DNA of 64,000 bases from Phoronis australis (GCA_002633005.1 NMRA01000081.1:313625-377624), one strand, 5' to 3'; shown: positions 12,752-26,700, numbered from the stretch's first letter. A program made the numbers and translations. Notes: generated by a model from the sequence alone, not told the origin.

Positions 12752-15700
12752 GTAGGTTGACTGGTAGTGTCATCTGGCTTTGTCTTTGAACGCGTTCACC
12801 TCGAAGACCTCTCCTGGACATTGATTTATGTCCAGAAACTCAAACTTGATATCCACACTTACTAAACCTCTATAAGCGATAATAAAGAAACCAGATCAAC
12901 AACAAAAATTGAAAATTTAAAAATAGGAAATTTACAAAGACATTTTTGTTTCAGCTACAAACAGCGAATAACTTTGTTAGGAGTCCATGCTGCAAAAGTC
13001 CCACAAAGGAAATATCTATGTGTAAACTGTTTTAATTGTACATCATATTGGCATTTTAGGAGTAGGCGCTATTTCAAAATTTCGCCGCATGTACATATTA
13101 CTAAAATCCAGAAACAGCAAAACATATTAAAGAGATTTATTTTACATTTTAAGTGATTTTTTTGCGCCATGTGTTAAAGGAAAATGCCTCACTTAAAACG
13201 TATGCGTTGTCTATCGAAGTTGTCCTTTCCAAAGAACGGAGCGTAGTACGTGGTGATCCACTCACTACCATATTCTGTACACGGAAAGTACGGGGACGAC
13301 CACATGCCAACATCATAGGGAGCCGCCTTATATTTGGAGGGGTAGGGAAGAAGTTTGACAGTAGGGTAAAGACCGTCACGATCTAATCTGAAAAAATGCT
13401 ATTAGTAAACAAAATGTCACATACGGCGCACATGGGCGGCGCACCATAGGGGGCTGGGGGGCTATAGCTCTCCCACTTTCTTCAGTGTTGCGACGTCCGT
13501 AACTATTAATAAAACATTAGATTCAGCGGATACTTGAGATACTGGTTGATGGACTGTATCATTCTTTCAGCTGAGAAATTTGACAATACCTTATTTGTCG
13601 GTAATGGCCGAATTACTCTTTTTCGCTTTAAAATTTCTTGAATTCAGTGCTGACCAACTATAAAAATACCGGCACTTGCAGATTTGTCCTATTTCTTGCT
13701 TTGTTTCGACTAAAGTTAGGTCATGAGCAATAAAAATCGTCACCCGATGACTGTTTCAAAAAGGACTTGCGACACTTTTTCGTCGTTACTCTGGTTTACA
13801 CCTGTGGCAATGGCATCTATCGAAATTTAAAGGTGGTTTAAATGTAATTCAACGCTCAGAAAGAATATGACTTTTATCTTTGGTGTAACAGTGAATTATT
13901 AGATTACTGTTTATTCCATCTTATTGGAATTGAACAAAAAGTGACACAATTACTGCCCGCACAGTGAATTGACCAATTGCAAGCCCAGCCCCTTGCAAAA
14001 TGTCGACAAACAAACAGTAAATTTTACCTGGCAACGAGTTGTTTGTCAGGTAAAATGGCGACTTGCAAACGAATGTGTGTCAATGAGGCTGCGTTGTGCT
14101 TGATCAATTAAGCCGTTACTCAAACTCCTGGCAACAGGTCAATAGGCTCCAAGCAATGTCCCAAGTTCCTTAAGTTATGACGTCTAGAGATACAGGCCCC
14201 TGAAACGTGTCCTGGTGTGGATATCTCACTTGAATCATCCGAATGTATTATCAACTTGGGCACAAATACACCATTACTGACCCTTTATGTCACAACCTTT
14301 TGAATGAAACTAACCTGATTTTACCAGCAGGAGCGTAGATTTTTAGTCCATTGGAGTTTGACCTCCATCTAGCCTTTGCTCTTCTGAACCAGTCCGAATG
14401 CACGTAACGTCCAAGTTTTGGGTCCCCAGCCAAGTCTATTGTACTATAGAGACCGTCTTTTTGAAATGCGAACGGAGCAAAGTACTTCCGGCGACGCACG
14501 CGCTCGCCCTCTGTTCCGTTTGTTTCCTCGTATTGATTTTCATCAAACCAGATACCAAGACCCCTTATCTTATGGTCGGCCATTACAAGTGAAAGTAGCA
14601 TGCAAGAGGTCTGGGTTGAGATATTTGTCTCCCTTCACAACACCATGGGACTCCATCCGCTCGACATGTTGCAGAAATGAACTGATGAAATGGGCCAAGG
14701 AGAGTGCTGTCCGGGCCTACAAAATTCAATATTAAACCTGAACAATTTCGTTGTAAACCACCATAACATAACTTTTTAAAATGTGCAAAAACACCTGCAT
14801 TAGAGCGCGTAATGTTATATCCGATGATACTAATATAGAAAACGTACCGAGGGTGGCGTACATGAAGTAATATCCCACCCGAACTTATCCTCGTATCGAC
14901 CTCGACCGAAACGTTTTGTATTGATCCCATACGCTTCGAATCCCTAAGTTTCTTACATTTTTGGCAGATTTTTCATATTCTTCACCAAGACTGTTCACCT
15001 GGCGGATGACATCCTATATGAATGTACTTTCGCGTTAGGTTGCAAGTTTTCTCTTGTAAAAGAAATGATTTATTTCTTGAAAAGAGGTAGCAAAGATGAA
15101 AACAACGGCAAATTTGCAGTGAACTTGTAACATATCCTGGAAATAGTTAAAAAAAAAACAATATTTGACATTTTAATTTCATAGGAATCGGCGCTTGAGT
15201 TGCAGACGATATAGTATTTAGCAATTGAAAACTGATACATAAGTGTCTTATAATTAAAAGTTTTGTTCCAGATTTTACGTTTAGGGCCTGGTTGCATGTC
15301 GAGTGTTAGTTACGCTGTTGCAAATGTATTACTTTAAACTATAGTCGGAAAGTTTGATGATCGAACCGGCTGAAGACGGGGAGTCGATATTGACCTACCT
15401 TTTGAACTTTCCATGTAAATAATGTAACTTACTTACAGGCATGTGGTTAGTAATTGTCATAGGCGGGGTTCGAAGTTGAGTCCGTTTTTATAACAAATGA
15501 TGTCGGTATTGGTACGTTATACCTCGAAATCAGGCATGTCTTAGTTTTCAACTAACACATGCAGGAAACGTCGGTAACCACATTTTACATTTTACCTCAT
15601 TCATCTTTCAGTCCTGAGGGGACCTTGAGTGCACTATTTTCTCAGGAAAATTTGAACTCTGCTTTGATATTATTTAATTAACACAATGTCAAAAGTAATA

Positions 15701-18700
15701 CGTGATTTCATAACTACAAGAAATCAGTACGTCTGGCATCACATCAGCACAGAATCAACACATTTGAAGCAACGACAACTTACCTGATTTTGAAACTGGT
15801 CTTTTGCTCCAAAGCTGACATCTCCCGGAAGGCTTAAGTCGTACTTAGACATTTTCGTACAATCAGACGTTTTCACCTTTTCAATGTGCTCAAATATCCG
15901 CTTCATTCTGTCGATGGCTGAGTCATCAACGTAGTCTCTTCTCGTTCTGGACCTTGCTTTTGCTGTATTGACCGAACTATGTTTATCATCCGTTCGTTTT
16001 TTGTGACCATAAATCCACCTCATGGTTTCGTCGTTTGTATGCTTCCTCTTAAAGGAAATTTTCATTCTTCGTTTTATACTCACTTTCTTTCCTTCTTTGT
16101 TACTCTTTGTGATGTCTTTAAAATCACCAACTTTGTTTTGGCGAGGTATTAATACCTTTGAATTAACTGCAGCGTCAGTTTCATCATTTATTGCTTTCCG
16201 CATCACTATGTTGAAGTCTGCCTGTAAGAGATTGGAGCGCGCATGATTGTTATTCTGGAACCTTGATATCTCCAAGGTAAAATCGCGTGACACGAGCCAG
16301 TTTTCAAACATGTTTTGCGGAGAAAGCTGTCTTTTGATTACCTGCTGTGTCATTAAACAAATGCACGGTGTTACCTACGTTGTCCATGTACATGTACATA
16401 CAATCATAAATTATATGTGTCGACGAGTGGGCTTGTTCATCCACATGACTTACCTCTGCATTCAGTGCGTTACGATCGTATTTGAAAAAATCACCAAAAG
16501 GTTTTCGTTCTATGTAAGACAAAGCCAAATATTAGCACAGCACCACTCTTATTCTTAGTTATTTGCCCACAATGCAACACGTGAATCAAGCCGCGTTATT
16601 CTCCTTCATCGCATGCAAGTCTGTAGATCACCACGATCTCATTTCCAAATTATAAGGTAATTCATTATTCTAATGTAAGAAAGCGTGTATTGCATTTTGT
16701 CAAGGAATTGGCAAAAAGTACAAATATCGGTGTTGAATGGGATCCTCAGTAGTGCCTGAAAGTTTGGAAAATAGGTCAGTCGTGTAACGTACTTTTTCCA
16801 TCTCCACGAAAGAAGATAATTCACTACAGGATGGGCGTGTTATTCCGCTTCCTAGTAATTAAAATAACGTGGCATTGGCATTAAAAGTTTTATGAGCAGT
16901 AACTTTTGTGCGCTATGAGGCTCCATATTATACCTGGACATCTATGTGTTGAGCTTTCTGTATTTCACGATTTTGTGTCTCGTTAGAATTGGCGCCATCC
17001 TCATAATTCGTGACGTTTCTCTTGCGGCGAGATGTTAAGTTGGTCTCTGTGAGATCACCGCTGTTGACGGAAGGAACAACCCGCAAATCTGCAGCACGAA
17101 AACACTATGGTACATTGGCGACCCTTTATGGTATACACATGTATTTCATTTGGTGTTACCTATCTGCCTTTTTCTAATTTCTTTTCGTTAAAAAAGTTAA
17201 ACTGAGCTAAAAACACGTCAACATCTACCGTTTTAGTGAATAAGTCCAGTTACACTCTCAAGACATTTTGAAAAGCAGCATTTTGGTTTATGCTCAAGGC
17301 TATGGCATATAGGACCATACGCCTAATTCCGGATACAGACGCATAGCCTCATACGTAAAGGCGTACAAGATCGTACAACACACATATTCGTCAATTTCTG
17401 AATGACGTTATTATGTAAAATACAAGCTTATGCAACGAGTGTACAGCCAAAAGTTGCATTTCGACTGTTTACTCTCCAGAATAATACAGTTATCTTAATA
17501 CCATTCCTTACGGTTTTAGAATCCTATTTCTGTTTCCAACTCAAATCACACACGATGCATGCATGCGCCATTTTCTAATTTTGCTTATTTAGGGTTGAAC
17601 TACCCCAACTCTGAAGCGTTCTCTTGTGTTGCTGATGGTTTCTATATTCTTGTTGGTAACGGAAATAGAATCCTATTACGGTCAAGAATGTTATGAGACC
17701 GACTTAATGAGCATAAAAAGCCTAATTCGAGTTTCATTTTAGCCAGCTGAACAACGCGAAATGAAGCTTTAAGTTTTAAAAATAACTTGTAATGCATCTA
17801 GCAATGTAAAGGGGAACGTAACTCCTGGCGAATGATGCTGCCATAAGCGAAGGAAAGTTAGGTGCTAGACATATTTCTTCGGTTGTGTGACATACCATAT
17901 CTTTTATTTCCATGATGTCACACCTACCGTGTTATCGCGAGAAGGCTACATTCCAATGACATAACTTGTAGTTCAACTGATCTGCTTTCTGATCAGATGT
18001 CTTAGCTGCTTTCTAAAAAAATCCACGGTATTATATTACACTTACTGTCAATCTTCAAACAGTCAAATCCGTCTCGGTACTCTTCCTCTGTTGCTATTTC
18101 GATGTCGACGCCTTGGAATGGTCCATTCTGCCAGTGGGGGTATCTGTAACCTGGCCGGCAAACGCATTCGTATCCACCTCGAGCGAAACCAAAACCGCTC
18201 AGCGGTTGACACTGAAGTGTAACAAGAAAGCCATCTTGTAAACCAAACTAAGGTGAATGCGAGTGACACAAGTGGCGGATCTAGGATATCACAAGGGGGC
18301 CCAACATTTTGTCTGTAAACCTTTGCGCAAAGCACGATTGGGGAGAGGTCGGGAGGGAGGTTTGCCCCCCTACCGCCAGGAAAATTTTTCTGTTTTTCCT
18401 CTAAAAATCAAGAATTTTCCTTGATTCCTGAAGTATTATCCAAGAAAAAAAAAGCAAAGAAAAAATAAACACGGAGAACGTGTCATATTCGAAAAACTGC
18501 AATTGTTACAGACTCGAACTCAGGACCTGGCGGACAGAACGCGCGTGCTTTACCACTGCACCACCACGAATTCAATCGAAATTCAGTACTAAGAGACCTA
18601 CTTGTTTATGGTCCACAGCGTTTGAGCGCGAAACCTACTTCTTTTTGTAATGCTTATTACACTTTTTATATTTTTTGCAATCAGTTCGCATTATCCTTCA

Positions 18701-19451
18701 ACCTGGTCAGTGGAGGTCTAAAGAAGTTAACGCCTTTGAATGTTTCGTCCTGCCATTTTCCAGGTTTATCCCACTGCGCATATTTCACACCTACTGTATA
18801 GGATCCTTTGAGATTGTCGTCAGCAGTGAAATCAGGAAGCCAACTACGGTAGCGAATATGCCTCGCTCCAGACTCTTTGTCTGTATAGTTTCTATGCTTT
18901 CCTGCACCCATGTCATTTATGTGAATATGACTCACACTTTCTCGAGTAGCGCGTGGTGCGAACAACTCTATGGTAGAATTAAAAGCAAAATAATTTAACC
19001 AATTTGGATAAGCGGCCTTGTAGTCAAACTCAGTACTAGAGCCGTTGATGCATTTGGGAAATGCGGAGATAAAACTTGCTTGCCTCCAATAGTAATACTG
19101 TATTCCAGGCTGCTTCCAAAAACCTTGTGTGCCATTTGTCGCATTCAGAAATTTAAACGCGTAACTGAAGAAAAAGCCTCTACTTAAAGCTAAGTCATGT
19201 AGCGCCAACACACACGTCCTGTTCCTAAAAACCCGTGTGTTGACGTCCAACAGCTGGTTTGACTGCGGCAGCATGGACACCGTCTCTGCTGGAAGAGTAA
19301 GTTCGGCAGATGTCATCGAGCCGAAGTTACCGTCATCCACTCCGCTGTACTTTTTCATGATGACATCAAAGGCATCACGAACAACCCAGTCAAATGGACC
19401 GCCATATTTTTGAGAAAAAAACAAAAACGCTAAGCAAATATGAAAAATCAT
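12752..19451 (-). pseudogene. Degenerate duplicate of the GPR158-like tandem-Cache gene (copy 2)
   Basis: Exons 19451-~18685 (3' truncated, internal in-frame deletion, NCG->NFG), exon 2 missing, then 18211-18046, 17088-16934, 16221-15784, 14716-14315 (frameshift near 14596), 13387-13193 and 12869-12752 (TGA at conserved Cys, 12772-12770). No terminal EGF exon found. Second Cache motifs: DLSLPGDVSFGAKDQFQNQARTALSLAHFISSFLQ, YFAPFAF, WSSPYFPC, YYAPFFG, FLDINQCP. Confidence 0.8.
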
Positions 19452-21639
19452 GACTTGCTGAAAAAGCGAAGTGCAAAGAAGTTATAAGTGGCCAGGAACT
19501 CACTACAAAACATATGCTTGTGTGGTTTGCTCAAATATTGTTCCTTGTCACGTGACTAAACTTCAAGCTTGCACAAGCAACCCAAGGTCGCTTCTGGGCG
19601 ATATTCATACGCCCGGGGTTCATGCTGCAGTCACTTGTGATGTGTGTGAAAGCCTCTGGTTTATTTCGGATTCACGCGACCATATCCTCGCAAAGGTGGA
19701 TGTCAGTAACCAAAGTCAATCGAGTATTTGAAGTCGATGTGCTGAACCTATCTGAGGAATCTGGCATTAATGTGCAACAATTATGATCATGTCTTTCCCG
19801 TTTCTCTGTAAGTGTGTACTTATTGGGATTAGTTCCAACATTTTTGACTGAGATTGGGGATTTTTGTCACTTGAATCTGCCCTAAGCTAAGGGACTGAAT
19901 TAAGTGCGCAGAGGTCCACTTTCTTAGTACACACACACCCCGGGAATACTGCAACCTGGATCTCTAAACTTCCCTACGTCTCTCAACCTTGACCAATATA
20001 TTGTTTTCGCTCCAGCGGGCACATTTGGGGTATTTTGGACAAGGAGGACTATTTTCATAAAAAGTCAATCTGAAAAATGTTTGAAAATGCTTGACGCAGG
20101 CAGCAACGAATGTCATGAAAATTTGTTAGTAAGACGGTATTTATTCTATGCAAGTAAAAACACTTTGAATAATATCTATAAATCTTATCTTTAATGTAAT
20201 GTTTTAAAAAGTGTGTAGGCTGCTAGCGTAATATGTTTTACTCGTCCAGTGCATACGTGGACTATGTTCATGGTGATGTAGTGTTCATACGGCGCTTGTT
20301 TCGCGACTCCACTGTGCTCCCGGTCAGATCCCCGAACTTCTGATATGATCAGAACAAACGCCGTGACTCCTCTAGCAAGGCCTCAGCCTAGCAGGTCTCA
20401 ATAGTCGTGCGCAATCCTTAATCTGCCTCTTGAAATATTGTCAACTTTTGATAAAGCCTGGTGTCACAGAGGTATCCCGTTGCATTCTCCAACATTCTCC
20501 ATTTTGAGAATCCCATGACGAGCTGATTGAAGTTTGCACATGCACATAAACAAAAACACCGCCGACGGATAATTCGAGATTACGAAGATAACCGAGGAGT
20601 CCCGGATACCCTGCACATGAGCGAACTGCAATCAGAAGAGTGCCGACATAGTATTCTTGTGACAACAGGCTAAAACGTGATAACAGCACAAGGGTTAGAC
20701 CACACTGGACATGACGTCACCTACGTCTTTTACAAACTTCTAGGCGGATAATCATGCCTATTAACTGTCGGCTGACCAAACTTCTTTGCTGTTCTGATTG
20801 AATTTCGCACATGCGCAGATACAAGACACCGAGGGATAATGTGAGGCTACAAAAACACTTGAGATGTTCCGGATTTTAGTTGATGTATCGGATCACGACG
20901 ATTAGTAACAGCTGTAACACTTCCATATTTCCATATATAGCTTCAAACTCACCAAGAATATCTTGTGCATATTCATTTCTAAGGTACCTGCCGTCATTTT
21001 TGCTACCAGTCATAAACGAGAATAGAAGGCAACAGTCTAGTCTCTAGGTATTAGTCTAAAAAGTGATTTTGTCAAGAGACGGCTAAAATCATGGCTTCAT
21101 TCTAGCAGGTCTCAAAAGTCGTACGAGAGGGTCATTCGCAGTCCGTAGTCGCCTCCTGATGTACTTGTTTAAGCCCCTTCTCGCAGGTGTATACCGGCAC
21201 GCTCGACGGCCTATTCCCATTTTTATAATCACGTGAGTTGCTGTATTGGTTAAAGTTTGCACATGCGCAGAAATGAAACAAGCCGGAAGGATAATTCAAG
21301 GTCACGAATATGTCCGAGTTGTACCGGATACTCTCAGGGATAATTTGAGGCTACGAAAATACCGAAGGTGTATCAGATGATTTTACACATGCTTCCGTTG
21401 ACACTCTGCTAGGCGAGTGGCAGACGCAGTCATCAACACGACTCGTGTCTTCAGCTTAGTCTGGTGTCAGCTTCTAGTCCATATCAAAGTACTGATGTGA
21501 CGATAAAAGCAGGGAGTCAGTCGTGTAGGCGCATCTGGACTTTGCTGTTGGAAGCGGGGAGCGGGAGTTAGGAGATATGCTCTAGATTTGACCGAATTTC
21601 ATCAACATACATAAAGATGCACCGTAGACAGCCTTACGG
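17675..21639 (+). repeat. Segmental duplication, direct copy of 1-~594 and ~5004-8698
   Basis: Near-identical sequence: 1 matches 17675 and 8681-8698 matches 21622-21639. About 4.4 kb of copy 1 is replaced by ~410 bp of filler (18270-18684), and ~700 bp (6649-7349) is absent in copy 2. Confidence 0.92.
18510..18570 (-). mobile_element. tRNA-derived SINE head within deletion filler
   Basis: tggtgcagtggtaaagc ... gagttcgagtc. Confidence 0.45.
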
Positions 21640-22159
21640 GGAGGGCCAAATAATTTTAGGTGATACGCGACTCTCTTTACGACACCCTTGATCCTTCGTT
21701 GTATACTTCAAGCTTACCAAAAATCATGCATGCTCTGAGATATACTAAAACAGTTTCTAGAATACAGCTTTATTCTCCAGCAATATAAACCATAAATGAT
21801 CGTGAGCGTGATGAACCATACTGTGTAGGAGAAGACGAATATCGATTTTGCCGAATTTCAATCTGCATCAAAATTTACATAACCATAAATTTCTAACAAT
21901 TTTTTGTTTATTAATGGAGAGTTCGAAATTTACTAGATGTCGAAAATGAAGCAAGGGGTATTCTTTGTTACTTTCGGGTACTTTTCCTTTTTAAGAACTT
22001 CAAAAATTGAAAAGCATATTTGATAACAGATCATTTGGTGACTTATAGACGTCTTTCCAAAAATCGGACAAAAATGCCGTGACAGTACTCTAGTATTGAA
22101 TACATTCAGTTTAACTGAAAGGTATTCTAAAAATAATGTCTAGTATTTCTATATTGTAG

Positions 22160-23746
22160 GCGAAATTCAAAGAAGCCAATATAGAAGACCTATACGCGCG
22201 ATACTGTCTCAGAATTCAGCGTTCCTTGTTTCTGTGGTTGCTCGCCGTTTTGATAGCATATAACGTCTTATTGGTCTGTCTTTTTAACACCTGGTTTTCT
22301 ACTGAGCAGGTAATGTATTTATTTCTCCGCGAATACGTCCTCTCGTGCATTAACTAATAACTTAAATAACAACAATATAATTTCAAGAACAATCGATAAT
22401 AATGGTCATATTTTTCTAGTCGTTACGGGAATTTATATATTCATTGTTTCCATATTTTCATTGCACTATATATTTCCAGTTAAGAGAGCGGTCTGTGCCG
22501 GCCTCAGCCGTCACCAACGTCGTCCTGGGTCTGGGCGTTGTCTTTGCCGTCGTTTGTGTGGCTCTTGTCGCCATCAAGAGAGTATTTTTGAAGCTGCATA
22601 GACTCATCACAGCAGGAGTGTTCGTGTGTTTGATTATTTCAGCTGTGTCATTCACAGGTGGCTATTTCTGATAATGACTACTTCATAGTGTTACATTTTC
22701 CATTTTAGTCAGTAGGCACTCACTGATATGTACAGCCAAGATAACCTAGCGATGAATGCAAGTGAAATAGTTAAGCTTACATTTTCTGCGAATCAAAGCA
22801 TTTTACCAGTCCTTTGATAAAGTTACTAACTTTGAGTAGAATTTACATTTCGATGGAATTTCAAACTTGTTGACGAATGTTGCTAAACATGATTGTAATT
22901 CTTTACAATTACGTAATACGTCACTAAAGTCTTTAATTTCAGTGAATCTCGAGAAAGAGCGTTTTGAATTAAACGTGATAAAATGATATCAAATAAATAC
23001 TTCCTTAAATAAAGCAGATGAAGCTTTTTTACTTTCCCATGGTAGAACGTTTGAAACTTAATGTTTTGACACACGACACTTATAAGCTAAGACTGAGTCC
23101 ACATTGTAATGATACGAATTTTGAATACCTGTAAACAGTTGGACGAAACAGTTCCAATAAAGCACTTTACGAACTCAATAATCTCACATTTTTCTGAAAA
23201 AGTATCTTATTATGAGCTCCTCTTTTACTTGTGAGCACACTTTCTAATACTATATCTGAAAACGGAGCCCTTACTTCAATAAAAAAGCAAGTAGGAACTT
23301 TACATGGAAAGTTTCTGTTCATTTTCAATAATATTAAGAATTCAACTTAGAGAAAAATCTCGTAGTGAATGAAAGCTAAACTTGACACAGCAATGGAGAT
23401 AAATTAAAAGAAAAAAAGACATCCGTGTTTGCACAAAGTTCACTAATGCGCTGAAATTTTAGGGAACCTAGTTGAGTCCCTTTTGGGAGTGTTTTATACA
23501 ACCGCGCATTGCAATTTCACGAAATAGAACTTTTTTCTTCCAGGGTTCTCCTTTGCAAATCGCCCCCACAGCAAAATACAGTCGCTTGATGACGTTCCTA
23601 TGACGATGTTCATCATCTTTGTAATTCACAGCATGTTCCCACTGTCTCGACTTGCTTCTGTTCTTATCGGCATCGTCGTCTCCATAACTAGTCTGTCGAT
23701 ATCGGCCATCTTATACAATGAGCCAGCCCAGATCATCATACATAAG
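22160..23746 (+). CDS. Adenylyl cyclase N-terminal and M1 exons (22160-22309, 22480-22657, 23544-23746)
   Basis: AC N-terminal F..LE.LY..Y motif followed by hydrophobic TM segments; compatible splice phases. Confidence 0.8.
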
Positions 23747-26700
23747 GTAAGAAGGATAGGAATTAGTCGTCAAAGTGCCATCTAGCAGTCCAGGGGACTC
23801 TATTAGAAGACTAATTATATTATTGTAGTTAGTGCCATAGGGCTTTCTAGATCAGACATTAAGGAAATCTCAAACTTTATTCACAAAAATTGACAATTTT
23901 TACAATGTTTCACATATGTCTAGCAAATTACCTTATATTCATTCTCGGAGAACTTCAAACACGAAATGTATACCGTGTAGGAAGAAAAAAGATTTGGCAG
24001 AAGCATCTTCGAACCCCACAACCGCGTGAAAATTTGTTTACTACTTATCTGAGGTCAAAGGTTACAAGGCAGTCTCTCAAATCGAATATCCCGCCAAGTA
24101 CAGAGCAGTTTCGTATGTACCTTCAGTGCATTCATTCACCGAGTCGTAATAATAATGAGTCAACGAGGTGTACATATGATAGAACGGTGCCAGGGAAAAC
24201 AAAGACAAAACGTAGTCACATCTCTGTGACTCTGTAGTCACGAACACAGCAAGTTGTGAAAAAAGATAAATCCTCACCCAAATTCCCTAATTCGATTGGT
24301 AATTTGGCAATTCGCTGTTTCGATATCATGCTAACTACGTGTTTATCCATTTCTTACTTGGTTTCATATCAGTCTCCTGGCGTGTGGTGCGTAATACGCA
24401 ATGAACTGATGACCTACTTTTAAGTAGGTCAACAGTTGAACCCACCTCTCGGCTGGGGACGGTAAAAAGAAGTAACGTTTTAGAGATAATTAAGTTAGTT
24501 ATGTAGTACAAATTCAGTTAACGTTGCAAGTAAATGTTGAAATAGCTAACATGGTTACCTCATGTACAGGTTATATCGACCGAAAACAAGTTAGACCGAA
24601 TAATTAACCGAAGACTGAAATTTTCGCTCGTCCCAGTTTAACTGGCTTTTCTCGACTTCGAAATACCGACTTAATTTGAATTTAGGAACACGAGTTCTCG
24701 AAAACGGCCACGTGGATTCCTTTGAATATTTCGCAACTCAACATTTATTCATCACTCTAAAAACGCTGTTAGAATTTTCGATATGATGGCCTAGTTTTGC
24801 GTAATGTAGCAAAGACGAATACGACTTCTATTTTTTACAAAATTATCTTACGTTTTGCCAGTTGATTTGTCATATAAACCAAACGAAAAGACTAATCGAA
24901 AATTTCTATCAGCATTTTCGGAGTAACTGGTGAATTTTTCATTTAAAAAAGGTTTCAATAAAATCGACCGAGGGGTTATTTTGCTACGAATGTGCCTTTC
25001 TTAAAAATGAAATTTTGACTTAAAATGTGTTAATGTGATAATAATAATAACAGAGGCACATAAATATAAAGTACAATTATTCTTGTTCTTTTTTCTTTCA
25101 GAAAATATATATCTTTACTAGTTTAGTTTTTTTATATACGAGTTAGAATGGAGGTCACTAAATAAGGTTTGAGATAACCTTAAAATGGTTCAAACAGACA
25201 AAGCCGTTCGATGCATAGGCTTTGGCTGCGTTGAAACATAAGTTAAAATGAAATAAAGTGAAATATACCATTGTGACATACGTGATATTTCCAAAGATAA
25301 TATCTTTATGAAACAACGACGATGTAGTTAAACGGATCAGCAAGAGCTTAAGATATATGACTAAAATATTGTGTTGGTTTAAGCTGGAATTATTTAATTT
25401 CCGAAAAGTTCCGTGTGCGCTATTTTAGAAATCCCCAGTGAATTTGAGTGTTTGTTTTACTCCATGGTTGTGAAGTGTTTTGTATTTCAGTAATTGTTAT
25501 ATTTTGTCATCTTTTCAGGATTATTATACGTTTCATGACTATAAAGTAATCACAATTTTACATCGAAGACACTCCTGGATTATAGTTGCATACTTCAGAC
25601 TTTACTTAGTAGCAATTTAATGCTACTAAGACGATAATTAAAATGATTATGGTGTCTGTCAAAGGTTATCACAGGACTCTTCGTTCACCAGTCCTAAGTT
25701 TATTGTCACAGTCAGTTTTTCTTTCAACAGACTTGCTATCACTGTCAATAGACTTGCTACCTGTACCACCAAAAATAGTTCGTAGATTCAATAACTCAGT
25801 CCGTAGGCTTAATTGGTAACTCTATCGTTGACGTAACATCGTTTTTCACATGTTACGACACGACTGGTTACTAACACCGAGTACGTTATTTTATATTACA
25901 TGGGCGAATCACAAAGTAGTGCAAAGTAGAAACCTATACGCCTTACATTTACCGTCTGCAAAACACTAGTGGCAGTAACCAAACAATGTCGGAATTTCGT
26001 TAAGGTGACGCATGCGCGCATCGATGGGGGCTCGGCGGAGTCGAACGATTTACCCTATTTGGCGAAGTGGGCAAAAAGGTCGGCCTCAGAAAAAAGTAGA
26101 AAACGAGACAAAATCTTATGTTTGACAAATCGAGTGTCGCGACTATACGTACTCCCAGTCGGAAGAACATGTAACATGAAAAGGACCCATCCTGGGCGGC
26201 GAACTCCATATCCAAGGACGAACCCCAACTCGAGAAACCATGCGGTGAGACTGACTAGTTGTGCTGTCTCAAAGTCAATTTGGTGCTCACGTGCGGGGAA
26301 GCCCTGCTGACTTTATTTATAAACATTTGTTAAGTTTTGATGTTGCAACTTCAAAAAGTATTTATTAGTTTCTAACTTGAACGTTTGTTACGGAAACTCA
26401 ATGCAATGTACAATGCACAGGCGCTTGGGTTTATCGCAAATGACGTCACAATATATATTATTGAGTGACGTCATTTGCGATAAACCCAAGCGCCTGTGGT
26501 ACAATGTAGGCTAACTGGTTTAATTTACATTGCGCAAGCGTGTTTTCAAAAAACATGCGTCATGTGATTGAAAATTTTAGATACGTCGAGTTTTTCGGCA
26601 AAAATGACGTTTTTGCGGTTCATATGAGAAAACAGATCCTTAACCGTGTTTAGGTTTATGACATGGGCAAAATCTCTTGAAAATTTTGTCGAAATCCCGA

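Noticed and set aside
12770-12772. In-frame TGA at a conserved Cys as possible selenocysteine
   Set aside because: The same copy has a frameshift and an exon deletion, and no SECIS was recognised; a nonsense mutation is simpler
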